A stretch of 63,974 nt of DNA, filler included. It is 4 parts of 4 records of this genome, joined end to end, with 100 filler letters (N's around TTAATTAATTAA, not from the genome) between each part and the next. Parts side by side here need not be neighbours in the genome. Positions count along the whole stretch, not along the records: positions 40,185 to 58,927 come from SRR20825010_5175; positions 59,028 to 63,974 come from SRR20825010_5176; 2 more parts are not named here. One strand, 5' to 3'. A program made the position numbers and the translations under genes. The notes below the pieces were generated by a model. The model ran no database searches, was not told the DNA's origin, and was given only the letters and a program-made list of their open reading frames with translations. Below are positions 52,661 through 61,945 of this stretch, in pieces (the stretch's first letter is position 1; each line of letters opens with the position of its first letter).

Positions 52661-54262
52661 TCAAACGATGGCAGTCACGCGACTGCACTCGATTAGGTTG
52701 GTGCGATGCACAAGCGAGGCGGGATAGGTCTTGTCCTCGAACATGCGTAGGGGCGAAAAATCAGGTTCGAGACTTTTCAGGCGGTCGGAGAAATGAACAG
52801 CAGAGTCTTCTCTGCCCTCCGTGGCGTTGAGGGCCAGGAGGTATCGCAGTGGCGGGCGGAAACTTGGCCGCACGAGTGTCACCGTCTCGAGGAGCGATTG
52901 CGCCTCTTCTTTTCTTCCGAGAACCATGGCTGTCGCGGCCAGTTGAAGATCCCAGAAAAACTGGCGTTTTGAGTGCATGACAATCCGACGGCCACGCGTG
53001 GCATTGCGATAGGCGCCGACGGCATCACCGTTATAAAGGCGCGCTGAACTGGCCGCCCAGACGGCCATTGCATTCGCTGAATTGCGCTCAAGACTGCTTT
53101 GCGCGAAATGTAGGCTGGCCGCGGGATCATTAAACAGAAACAGGCTGGCATTCCCCAAGAGAGCAAGGATCATCGAGTTTTCACCGCCCGTTTCCACCGC
53201 ATATGCGGCAAAGGCTTTTCCTTCGTCGCGTAGTCTTTTTTCATCCGAGACATGGCGTTCCAGCCGCTGGATCGTGCGGATCTGAAGCCGCCATGCCAAA
53301 TACAAAGGCGATGGACGCATCTCATAGGCGGAGGCAAGAAGGGCGTCCGCATCGGCGATTTCGACGGCATCCATGGAAAATATCTTGTCGATTGCAAGAC
53401 GCATCAGAGCATCGGCTCTGTCCGTACTGCTTTCGGGGCGGGTTCGGTCTACCGCGACGGCATCGACAGCCCTGCTGACCAAGCGCAGGACTTCAAGCTC
53501 GTCCACCGGAGGTCCGCCATGCACGCTGGCGCGGCAGCGCCCGGACCAAATCTGTCGGCGCGACAGTCCGTCGATTGCTGCCAAGCGAATACCGATACTA
53601 TCGGGACTGATATGCAGGCAGTCGAGTTCGAGGGCGATCTGTCCAACTTCGACTGAGGGCGTTTGTCCCGGGTTATGGCGGAACACATCGATGTGGGCGC
53701 ATTCGGACAGGCTCTGAAACAAGCGGTCCGAGAGGACCTGGGCGGTCCAGTCCGCCATGTCCGTCCCGTCTCCGTGACACGTCAAAATGACCCCATCGCG
53801 ACCGAGGGGCGCCTGTCTCGCGCCGTTATTAATGAATACTTCGGACACCGATGCACGGGGGGTCCGATTGCGCCGAACACGCTGTTCGGCCAGCCATAGG
53901 TCGAACTCGGGATCACGAATATCGAGGCCTTCGGCAAATTCTAGAGACGTATCTTCCTCGAGAATGATCCTGCTGGTATCGAGCGAGACATTCCTGTGAT
54001 TGGACTTCAGGATGTCCTTGTGTTGTCCGAGACTTTTGCGGATGACCGAAAGAGTTTGCCGGAGGCTGGCCGATCCCTGTCGAGCGGAACGGTCACTCCA
54101 GAGACGATCCTGAAGCCATGAACGTCCGCGTGATCCATCGGGGCCTGATAGAAGAAGTAAAAGAAGCCCCTGTGCCTTGGAAAGAGGCGGTGTCAAATCT
54201 TCTCCGCTTTCCGTCAAGATGCGGAACGATCCGTGAATCCTAATATTCAATTCAGGTGTCAC
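52661..54262 (-). CDS. SARP/winged-helix transcriptional regulator with TPR-like C-terminus
   Basis: G.F.I....GEDLTP...KAQGLL.LL, R..LQD.LWSDR....G.ASLRQ.LS.IRK, F.EGLDI.DPEF..WL. Confidence 0.78.
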   Translation of the reverse strand: MTPELNIRIHGSFRILTESGEDLTPPLSKAQGLLLLLLSGPDGSRGRSWLQDRLWSDRSARQGSASLRQTLSVIRKSLGQHKDILKSNHRNVSLDTSRIILEEDTSLEFAEGLDIRDPEFDLWLAEQRVRRNRTPRASVSEVFINNGARQAPLGRDGVILTCHGDGTDMADWTAQVLSDRLFQSLSECAHIDVFRHNPGQTPSVEVGQIALELDCLHISPDSIGIRLAAIDGLSRRQIWSGRCRASVHGGPPVDELEVLRLVSRAVDAVAVDRTRPESSTDRADALMRLAIDKIFSMDAVEIADADALLASAYEMRPSPLYLAWRLQIRTIQRLERHVSDEKRLRDEGKAFAAYAVETGGENSMILALLGNASLFLFNDPAASLHFAQSSLERNSANAMAVWAASSARLYNGDAVGAYRNATRGRRIVMHSKRQFFWDLQLAATAMVLGRKEEAQSLLETVTLVRPSFRPPLRYLLALNATEGREDSAVHFSDRLKSLEPDFSPLRMFEDKTYPASLVHRTNLIECSRVTAIV

Positions 54263-54454
54263 AGAGATGCCTCTTGGGTCGATTAAGTCGCCAGTGAAAT
54301 GTCCTTACCCGCGGGTGGCATTGGCCCCCATCTGCCTATTTTCCACAAATTATGGTAACTTAATCGTAATTTATGAGTCGTTTCGACGCAAGCTTGTTGT
54401 CAGATCTTTCGCGACGGCACTTAGCTAACGCAAATGCTTTGTTAGGAGAAAGCT

Positions 54455-55681
54455 ATGACGTCCTATGGTGGTGCAGGCGGCGGAGCGGGAGGCGGTGCTG
54501 GCGGAGGGGCCGGAGGTGGCGCAGGTGGAGGAGCCGGGGGCGGTGCCGGAGGAACGGGGTCCGATGTTGGACTCTATGGGGCCGAAACGTTTCTCAAAAG
54601 TCACGCCGGCAGCCCGCCCTCACCGCTGCTCAGCAGCGCGCTGATCCTGTCGCAAGATGCGACCGTGTCGTATTGGGACGGAGAGTCCACGCTGACACCC
54701 ACGGAGCATTCCGAAAGCCTAACGGCTTATCTCAAAGAGGTTCGGATGCCGACGCAGGCCCTGATCCTCGACTGCCATGTCCGCAACCTGATTGGTGTCG
54801 AATGGAGCATCGCGGAGACGATTTCCGACGATGGTAACGGCGACGACGAAGAAGCGGCTGCAGAGGACGATGTCGACGGCAAATGCGAATTCATTGTATC
54901 TCCCGTCATAAAAATGACCGTCAGAAAACCGAAAGATTCGGTATCCGGACAAGCGGACATCCTGACCGTCGCGACGGTCACCAAGCCGGATCCCGATTAC
55001 TTCGAGAAAGACCTGCATTGGCTGCGGAACTATAGCGACCTGCGCAGCGACAGACTTGCCGAGATCTACCACCAGACCGGGGACATCATTTCCTTCTTCG
55101 GGGCCTTGGGCTTTCTGGACAATGGTCGCCGGAAGTATACGCTTTTGTTGCTGGAAGCCGTGCGGTCAGTGGCGGTTCATGTGGAAACGCTCGCCAAGTT
55201 TATCGGGCGCCAAAAACGCCCCATCGATTACGCCATGGAGGTACAGCCGATGATCCAGACGCCGGATCATTCGTCCTTCCCCTCCGGTCACGCGCTGGAG
55301 GCCTTTGCCATTGCGACAGTGCTACATCGTCTGTCCGACACGGGCAGTGCAGTCGACGGCATCCGTGACAACGCGCGACCCTTTCTCCTCGCGCATCGGA
55401 TTTCCACGAACCGCACGGTGGCCGGGGTGCATTTCCCGGTGGATTCGCTTGCCGGAGCGTTCCTTGGCCTGCATTTGGGCGAGCTGATCCACTCAATAGC
55501 GACGGGGACGAGCATCCAACTCGGGGAACTGGGCAAGCCGACTACGCCGGTCGACGAGGAGAAGACGGAAGACTTCCTGCTGTCGAGTTTCTTAACCCAT
55601 CTGGGAAACCCGGTCGACGGCGGCACCCAATCTGACGAACTGGTGGCTTGGTTCTGGGACAAGGCCCGACAGGAATGGTGA
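54455..55681 (+). CDS. PAP2/vanadium-haloperoxidase superfamily protein with N-terminal (GGGA)n tract
   Basis: K......RP, HSSFPSGHA, NRTVAGVHFPVD motifs; AGGAG RBS. Confidence 0.87.
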   Translation: MTSYGGAGGGAGGGAGGGAGGGAGGGAGGGAGGTGSDVGLYGAETFLKSHAGSPPSPLLSSALILSQDATVSYWDGESTLTPTEHSESLTAYLKEVRMPTQALILDCHVRNLIGVEWSIAETISDDGNGDDEEAAAEDDVDGKCEFIVSPVIKMTVRKPKDSVSGQADILTVATVTKPDPDYFEKDLHWLRNYSDLRSDRLAEIYHQTGDIISFFGALGFLDNGRRKYTLLLLEAVRSVAVHVETLAKFIGRQKRPIDYAMEVQPMIQTPDHSSFPSGHALEAFAIATVLHRLSDTGSAVDGIRDNARPFLLAHRISTNRTVAGVHFPVDSLAGAFLGLHLGELIHSIATGTSIQLGELGKPTTPVDEEKTEDFLLSSFLTHLGNPVDGGTQSDELVAWFWDKARQEW

Positions 55682-55732
55682 TCGCCAACACTTCGTTTGG
55701 GGATGGCCGGGTCGAAAGCAAAGGATGCAAGC

Positions 55733-57829
55733 ATGTCTGAATTCAAGAAGGATAATGGTTGGAATGCCACGCGGGAGACGCCCTATGTCAACTGGTGGGG
55801 TATCGTGGACGGACAGCTTCCGGCGAATTTCAGGGATTTCGACGATGCGGGCGAGGGAATCTTCTTCGACCCCGGCAGGCTGGTCGACCGGATCGAGAGG
55901 CTGCGCTCGCCGGATCGCGAAACCTTCAGGTTCTCAAAAGAAATGAAACAGATACTTGAGAAATTCGGCCGAGGTTCTCTGGTGCCACTGCCCAAGGACA
56001 GCAAGAATCCCCACTGGCCCAAAGATCCTGACAAACTTCCCGACTGGATCACACGAGAGGTGATGGACCGCCTGCCGGACGACGTGCCAAACGATGCCGT
56101 CATCGTCGGCGTGATCGATACCGGAGTGGCACTCGGGCATCGGGCCTTTCGTCTGGGCAATGGCGAAACCCGCGTCATATCCGCGTGGCAGCAGACCGCT
56201 GAATTCCATCACCAGTCGGCGGACTACCTGCCGTTCGGCGACGAATGGTTCGCCGGCGATATCAATGGAAAGCTGCGTGACCACTCCCTCAATCGCAACC
56301 TTAACGACAGGCTGGACGAAGACGCATTCAATCGCGCCTTGCGGCTGGTCGAACCGCAACGCATCCGGGGACACCGCGATCTGGATCATCGCGCCGCCCA
56401 TGGCACCCACATCATGGACATTGCCGCCGGAGGCGATCCAGCCAGCTTTGCGGATGCCGAAAGGCTACGCATGATCGTGGTCAACCTGCCCACACAGTAT
56501 CTGCACGGCTATGCTGGAAATTTTCTTGAATTTTTCGCAAGTTACGCCGTCGTGCGCGTATTTCACCTCGCCGAGGCGCTTTGGAGAAAGAACAATCCCG
56601 AACGTTCGGGCGGCTACCCGGTGGCGCTGAACTTCGCCTATGGAATGATGGGGGGGCCCAAGGACGGATCGCGGATGCTTGAGAAGCTGATGGACCTCTT
56701 TGTGACCAAGCGGAAGGAATCTGGTCTGCCGACCAGCATCTGCATGCCCGCCGGGAATGAGAACCTTGCAAAGTCGGTTGCGCGCGTCCAAACCCGGCCA
56801 GACCGTTGGTCCGATCCGATCCCCTGGCGCATCCTGCCCTCTGACCGAACGTCGAACCATCTGGAGTTCTGGTCCACCGTAACGACAAACTCTCTAAAGG
56901 ACGATTTTGACCAATACGCGTTCAAGATCACGACACCTACGGGCGACCATTCCGAAATCTCCGCGCCCCGGCATGGTGCCTATGCCGACCTGCCCGGGGG
57001 ATTTGCGCGGCTCTACTGCCTTCTTCATCCAACTGAAGATGATGCCACCCATGTCCATTTCATGCTTGCGATATCACCGACGCTGATCATCGAACGCGAT
57101 GCAGAGCGCGGCGCACAGGTCGTGGCGGCACCTGCGGGCATCTGGACGATCGAGGTCCGCTCGCCGCGCCCGTCAGAGCTGACCGTGTATGTCCAGTCCG
57201 ATCAATCGGCAAAGGTCCAGAGCAATGCCGGATTGCGATCCTACCTGGATCACTCATGCTACAAGCCTTACCTTCCCAATGGACGCATTCGCGATACATA
57301 TTCCTACCAACTTGGGTCTTCCGAAATGCCAGTGGATCAGGAAGAGCCTGACGCCTTTGTGACCCGGAAAGGCTCGCACAACGCTCTGGCGACGACCACG
57401 TCGATTAGCGCGCTTGCAGGTTTTCGGCGCAGCGATGGAAGGCCTGCGGCGTATTCGGCCACATCGTTTCCGCCGCGCTGTCCGTGTGTCCACGAAATAC
57501 AGGCGGCTTATCCGACGGATGACAGCCCGGCGCTGTACGGGGTACTGGCCGCCGGCGCGCGAGACGGTTCTTCGGTTGCCTTTCGCGGAACCAGCATGGC
57601 GGCCGCCATGGCGACAAGGGCAGCCGCAAACGCAATGCTGGATTGGACGCAGGCGGGAAATTGCGCTCACTTGGGAAACAGCGACTGGCACGACCGGGAA
57701 GGGGCTGCCGGGGAACTCGACATTGCAAGAACACATCCATATTTCGGCATGACGATGGCCGACAAGACCGGCAGAGGCCGGGTCCTTTCACAGGAACATC
57801 ATCGCCTCTGGCGCAAGGCGCCGCGCTGA
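55733..57829 (+). CDS. Subtilase (peptidase S8)-like protease without signal peptide
   Basis: Catalytic motifs VGVIDTG, HGTHI, PAGN, RGTSMAA. Confidence 0.85.
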   Translation: MSEFKKDNGWNATRETPYVNWWGIVDGQLPANFRDFDDAGEGIFFDPGRLVDRIERLRSPDRETFRFSKEMKQILEKFGRGSLVPLPKDSKNPHWPKDPDKLPDWITREVMDRLPDDVPNDAVIVGVIDTGVALGHRAFRLGNGETRVISAWQQTAEFHHQSADYLPFGDEWFAGDINGKLRDHSLNRNLNDRLDEDAFNRALRLVEPQRIRGHRDLDHRAAHGTHIMDIAAGGDPASFADAERLRMIVVNLPTQYLHGYAGNFLEFFASYAVVRVFHLAEALWRKNNPERSGGYPVALNFAYGMMGGPKDGSRMLEKLMDLFVTKRKESGLPTSICMPAGNENLAKSVARVQTRPDRWSDPIPWRILPSDRTSNHLEFWSTVTTNSLKDDFDQYAFKITTPTGDHSEISAPRHGAYADLPGGFARLYCLLHPTEDDATHVHFMLAISPTLIIERDAERGAQVVAAPAGIWTIEVRSPRPSELTVYVQSDQSAKVQSNAGLRSYLDHSCYKPYLPNGRIRDTYSYQLGSSEMPVDQEEPDAFVTRKGSHNALATTTSISALAGFRRSDGRPAAYSATSFPPRCPCVHEIQAAYPTDDSPALYGVLAAGARDGSSVAFRGTSMAAAMATRAAANAMLDWTQAGNCAHLGNSDWHDREGAAGELDIARTHPYFGMTMADKTGRGRVLSQEHHRLWRKAPR

Positions 57830-57905
57830 ACGCAATCCGGCCTCATAAGGCCCATGTCGAAGGGGGCCGTGCGGCCCCCTTCCGTGATCATGCCATTTCG
57901 AACGG

Positions 57906-58175
57906 TCACTGACTCGACTTGGTTACGGTGTCGAGCGTGCCCAAGCGACGCGCCTCTGTCTGTATTTTCCGCCAGAAATCTGCTTTCTGGCGATCAATCA
58001 GTTCGATGCGAACCGCGGCGTCGTCCCCAGCATGCTGGATTTGAACGAGTTCGCCCAGCGTATAGACACCCGGCTCGACCTTAAGCTCTTTCTCCATGAA
58101 CTCGATGGTCGGGTTTGCGCTTGCCGGAATGGCCATCCAGGTTACTAATGTGAAAATTGCAGCAGTCTTTAACAT
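57906..58175 (-). CDS. Small secreted hypothetical protein
   Basis: GGAGGA RBS, signal peptide MLKTAAIFTLVTWMAIPASA, then L.VEPGVYTL.EL. Confidence 0.7.
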   Translation of the reverse strand: MLKTAAIFTLVTWMAIPASANPTIEFMEKELKVEPGVYTLGELVQIQHAGDDAAVRIELIDRQKADFWRKIQTEARRLGTLDTVTKSSQ

Positions 58176-58927
58176 CTTGCATCCTCCAAAATTATCGATG
58201 TCCCGGAACAGCCCGGGATGAATCCAAACTACTGCCATGTCGCAATCGAACCGTGATGCACGAGCAATTTTATTGTAACTTCTGGGTCTTGGAGGAACTA
58301 TTGGTAAACATTGGCAGGTGCCCAACACTGGAGTGGAGACCGCACCCCTTGGCCCGCTCGCACCCAGACAACATTGGTGTCGAATGCCCGAACCGCCGAA
58401 CGTGGTTGTGAACTGACAAATGTGCCGCAATGGACAGCCAAGCAACACCCGCTTTTTGCGACGGTCAGCTTTCAGAACGTTCGAGCGCGGGCCTGACTGT
58501 TCAGTTTGCAGGGCTTGGGTCGCGCAGCTGTCTCGAACTGCGCAGTGCTAAAGTGATTGTCATGTTGCGGGACAGCGACATCCGCTGAATCATCTCCGAC
58601 CGGGGAAGCATGATGTAAAAACGACGCCAACGAGTATCTCGGCTACGCGCCCTCCATTGGGATGAACTCTGCCCAACTGCTTGTCAGCTTCCAACTATTT
58701 CGTTCGATTACTTCGCATCCACAGCGAGCGACCGTTTTCCGAACGGATTTTCGATGCGGGCCGTAGCGCACTTGTGGCGATCCTGCGGTGGCGGTCACAG
58801 ATTGAGCTCTTTGTTGCCGTTCGCTGCCGTTTAAAGTGTCACGTGCTGCCGGACGTCCGCTTTCTCATACGGTGAATCTAAACTTCGCGCCCGCAGTGAA
58901 TGACTGCCTCCCGCCGATGCTGTTGAA

Positions 58928-59027
58928 NNNNNNNNNNNNNNNNNNNNNNNNNNNNNNNNNNNNNNNNNNNNTTAATTAATTAANNNNNNNNNNNNNNNNN
59001 NNNNNNNNNNNNNNNNNNNNNNNNNNN
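58928..59027. other. Artificial contig linker
   Basis: N44-TTAATTAATTAA-N44. Confidence 0.99.
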
Positions 59028-59029
59028 CG

Positions 59030-59737
59030 ACCGCCGTCTGGCTGGTCGAAAACACAGCACTCACTTTTGACCAGATCGCGGATTTCTGCGGTCTGCACGT
59101 CCTTGAGGTGAAGGGCATTGCCGATGGCGACGTGGCAACCGGCATCAAAGGCATGGACCCCATCGTCTCCGGTCAGCTCTCGCGCAGCGAAATCGAACGT
59201 TGCCAGGGCAATCCGGCAACCCGCCTGATGCGCGCTGAAAGCAAATACAAAGTGCCGCCGGTGCAGCCCCGCAAAGGCCCGCGCTACACACCCGTGTCGC
59301 GCCGTCAGGACCGTCCCGACGCCATTGCATGGCTGCTGCGCAACCATCCGGAGCTGACACACGCCCAGATCGCCAAACTTGTCGGCACAACCAAGCCGAC
59401 CATTGAATCGATCGACAATCGTACGCATTGGAACTCCGCCAATATCAAGCCGGTCGATCCCGTGACGCTCGGCCTTGCGACCCAGATTGAGCTTGATGCC
59501 GCCGTGCAGAAAGCCGGTCGCAAGCTCGAACGCGAACGCAAGAAGGCCGCCAAGGCAGCAGGTGGAACCGATACCCTGCTCTCCGCAGCCGAAACAACAG
59601 CGCCCGCCGAACAGCACGCCACAATCGCCGCGCCGGAAACCAAGCCGGAAGAGGACGAAAGCCGCAAGAGCTACGACGCCGACAGCGTTTTCGCGAGCCT
59701 CAAAGATGTGAAGATCGAGGAAGACGACGAGGACTGA
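59030..59737 (+). CDS. DUF1013 family protein (TrcR-like cell-cycle regulator), 5'-truncated
   Basis: TAVWLVENT.LTF.QIADFCGLH.LEV, RYTPVSRRQDRPDAI.WL..NHPEL, QI.KLVGTTK.TI, THWNSANIKP.DPV.LGL. Confidence 0.9.
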   Translation, partial: TAVWLVENTALTFDQIADFCGLHVLEVKGIADGDVATGIKGMDPIVSGQLSRSEIERCQGNPATRLMRAESKYKVPPVQPRKGPRYTPVSRRQDRPDAIAWLLRNHPELTHAQIAKLVGTTKPTIESIDNRTHWNSANIKPVDPVTLGLATQIELDAAVQKAGRKLERERKKAAKAAGGTDTLLSAAETTAPAEQHATIAAPETKPEEDESRKSYDADSVFASLKDVKIEEDDED

Positions 59738-59782
59738 GATCCTCAGGTTTTGTCGTAAAAACCTCGGAATTCCGCCCCGAAC

Positions 59783-59817
59783 AAAAGCCTCTCGCATAAC
59801 CAGCGAGGGGCTTTTTT
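59783..59817 (+). terminator. Intrinsic terminator
   Basis: AAAAGCCTCTCGC-ataacca-GCGAGGGGCTTTTTT. Confidence 0.82.
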
Positions 59818-60019
59818 GTTTTCCCGATAGGACAGTAATGCAGTCCGAATATTTGTCTAACCTTGACGAGCAGCCAAATATTTCTTCTCTAAAAGCCACC
59901 ATAACTAGTATAAGTATTAATACGTATTACAGACTCATAAATCGAAAAGCCAAGCCCGCCTCAGATAAATCGCTTCCAAACATTGCACGACCACTGAGTA
60001 AACAAGCGGAGCCTGAATT

Positions 60020-61939
60020 TTGTTCAACGAGGAAGCAAAGCTTCGCGCTGTCGTTGAAACGGCAGTCGATGGCGTCATCCTGATCGATGCGAAAGGCACG
60101 ATCCTGATGTTCAATCCCGCGTGCGAAAAGCTCTTCGGCTACAAAAGCGGCGAAGTCATTGGCAAGAACGTCAAACTCCTCATGCCTCAGCCTTACCAGA
60201 GCGAGCATGACCTCTATCTCGACAATTACAATCGCACGAACGCCCGCAAGATCATCGGCATTGGCCGCGAAGTAAAAGGTCTTCGCAAAGATGGGTCCGT
60301 CTTCCCCATGGACCTGTCAGTGGGAGAGGCCAAGAAAGAAGATTCCTCCATCTTCGTCGGCATCATCCGTGATTTGACAGAGCGCGAGCGAAACGAGAAA
60401 GAAATCCGAGAGACTGCGGCACGCCTGCAAGCCGTTGTTGAAACTGCCGTGGACGGCGTCATCCTGATTAATTCCAGCGGCAATGTCATGATGTTCAATC
60501 CGGCTTGCGAACGTCTCTTTGGCTATGACCGCACGGAAGTGATCGGCCATAACGTCAAGATGCTGATGCCTGATCCTTATCAGCGCGAACACGACAATTA
60601 CCTCGAGAATTATACAAGGACCGGAGAAAAAAAGATCATCGGCATCGGCCGTGAAGTGCTGGGCATGCGCAAAGACGGCGCGACCTTCCCCATGGATCTC
60701 TCTGTCGGCGAAGCTCAGCAGGAAGACTCCCCGATTTTTGTTGGCATCATCCACGATCTGACCGATCGGAAACATTCCGAAGCACAGCTTGTACAAGCGC
60801 AGAAAATGGAAGCCGTGGGTCAGCTGTCAGGCGGGATTGCGCACGACTTCAATAATCTCCTGACCGTCATCATCGGCAATGCCGAGTCTATTTCGGAAGA
60901 GCTTTCCGACAGGCCGCACCTACAAAGCCTGCTCCACATGATCATCTCTGCCGGCGAGCGCGGTGCCGAGCTCACCCAGCGCCTTCTCGCATTCAGCCGT
61001 CGCCAAACGTTGCAGCCGGTCAAAGTCGACTGCAACCAGTTGATCCATCACATGCAGCAAATGTTGCAACGGACACTGCGCGAAGACATTGAAATCAAGA
61101 TCGACCTCGAACCCGAACTCTGGTCAGCCTTTGCCGATGCCGGCCAGCTTGAAGCCGCTATCCTCAATCTGGCAATCAATGCACAGGACGCAATGCCAGA
61201 TGGCGGCAAACTGTCTATAACGACCGCCAATGTGCCGCTGGACGAAAATTATCAGTTTAAGAATCCGGAAGTTCCGCCGGGATTTTACGTGATGATCGCC
61301 ATGACAGATAATGGCGAAGGCATGCCCGAAAGCGTTCTGAAAAGAGTTTTCGAACCCTTCTTTACAACAAAGGATGTCGGCAAGGGTACAGGCCTCGGCC
61401 TCTCCATGGTCTACGGCTTTGTCAAACAGTCAAACGGCCATGTCTCGATCTATAGCGACCCTGGGCTGGGCACCACAGTGCGTATTTACCTGCCATCCAG
61501 CGTCACCATGGCCGATCCAAAAGTCATCCAGTTTGATAAGGATGAGCAAAATGCTACAGGCGGTGGCGAGAAAGTTCTGATCGCCGAGGACGATGCATTC
61601 GTGCGGAGCTTCGCTGTGAGTTGCCTCAAAAGCCTTGGCTATAATGTCGTCGAGGCATCCGACGGGCGCGAAGCACTGGCCATACTGCACATAACAAATG
61701 ACATCGACATCCTCTTCACCGATATCGTGATGCCGGGCGGCATGACCGGACTTGAACTGGTCGCAAAGGCCCGCCATTTGCGCCCCGACATGAAAGTTTT
61801 GCTTACATCAGGCTATGCGCTGGACACTCTGACCGCGCGGGGCCGCCTCGATGTCGGAACTTTCGTTCTCAACAAGCCCTATCGCAAAGCCGCATTGGCG
61901 GAGCATATGAGACGGGTCATCGAAGAAGAAAACGCCTGA
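60020..61939 (+). CDS. Hybrid sensor histidine kinase with two FixL-type PAS domains and receiver
   Basis: Two LMP.PYQ.EHD.YL.NY.RT...[17 protein letters not shown] units; [44 protein letters not shown] start uncertain. Confidence 0.93.
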   Translation: MFNEEAKLRAVVETAVDGVILIDAKGTILMFNPACEKLFGYKSGEVIGKNVKLLMPQPYQSEHDLYLDNYNRTNARKIIGIGREVKGLRKDGSVFPMDLSVGEAKKEDSSIFVGIIRDLTERERNEKEIRETAARLQAVVETAVDGVILINSSGNVMMFNPACERLFGYDRTEVIGHNVKMLMPDPYQREHDNYLENYTRTGEKKIIGIGREVLGMRKDGATFPMDLSVGEAQQEDSPIFVGIIHDLTDRKHSEAQLVQAQKMEAVGQLSGGIAHDFNNLLTVIIGNAESISEELSDRPHLQSLLHMIISAGERGAELTQRLLAFSRRQTLQPVKVDCNQLIHHMQQMLQRTLREDIEIKIDLEPELWSAFADAGQLEAAILNLAINAQDAMPDGGKLSITTANVPLDENYQFKNPEVPPGFYVMIAMTDNGEGMPESVLKRVFEPFFTTKDVGKGTGLGLSMVYGFVKQSNGHVSIYSDPGLGTTVRIYLPSSVTMADPKVIQFDKDEQNATGGGEKVLIAEDDAFVRSFAVSCLKSLGYNVVEASDGREALAILHITNDIDILFTDIVMPGGMTGLELVAKARHLRPDMKVLLTSGYALDTLTARGRLDVGTFVLNKPYRKAALAEHMRRVIEEENA

Positions 61940-61945
61940 ACGCGC

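Noticed and set aside
52146-52688. Short ORFs between the IS and the SARP gene
   Set aside because: No RBS or motif support; overlapping alternatives in several frames.
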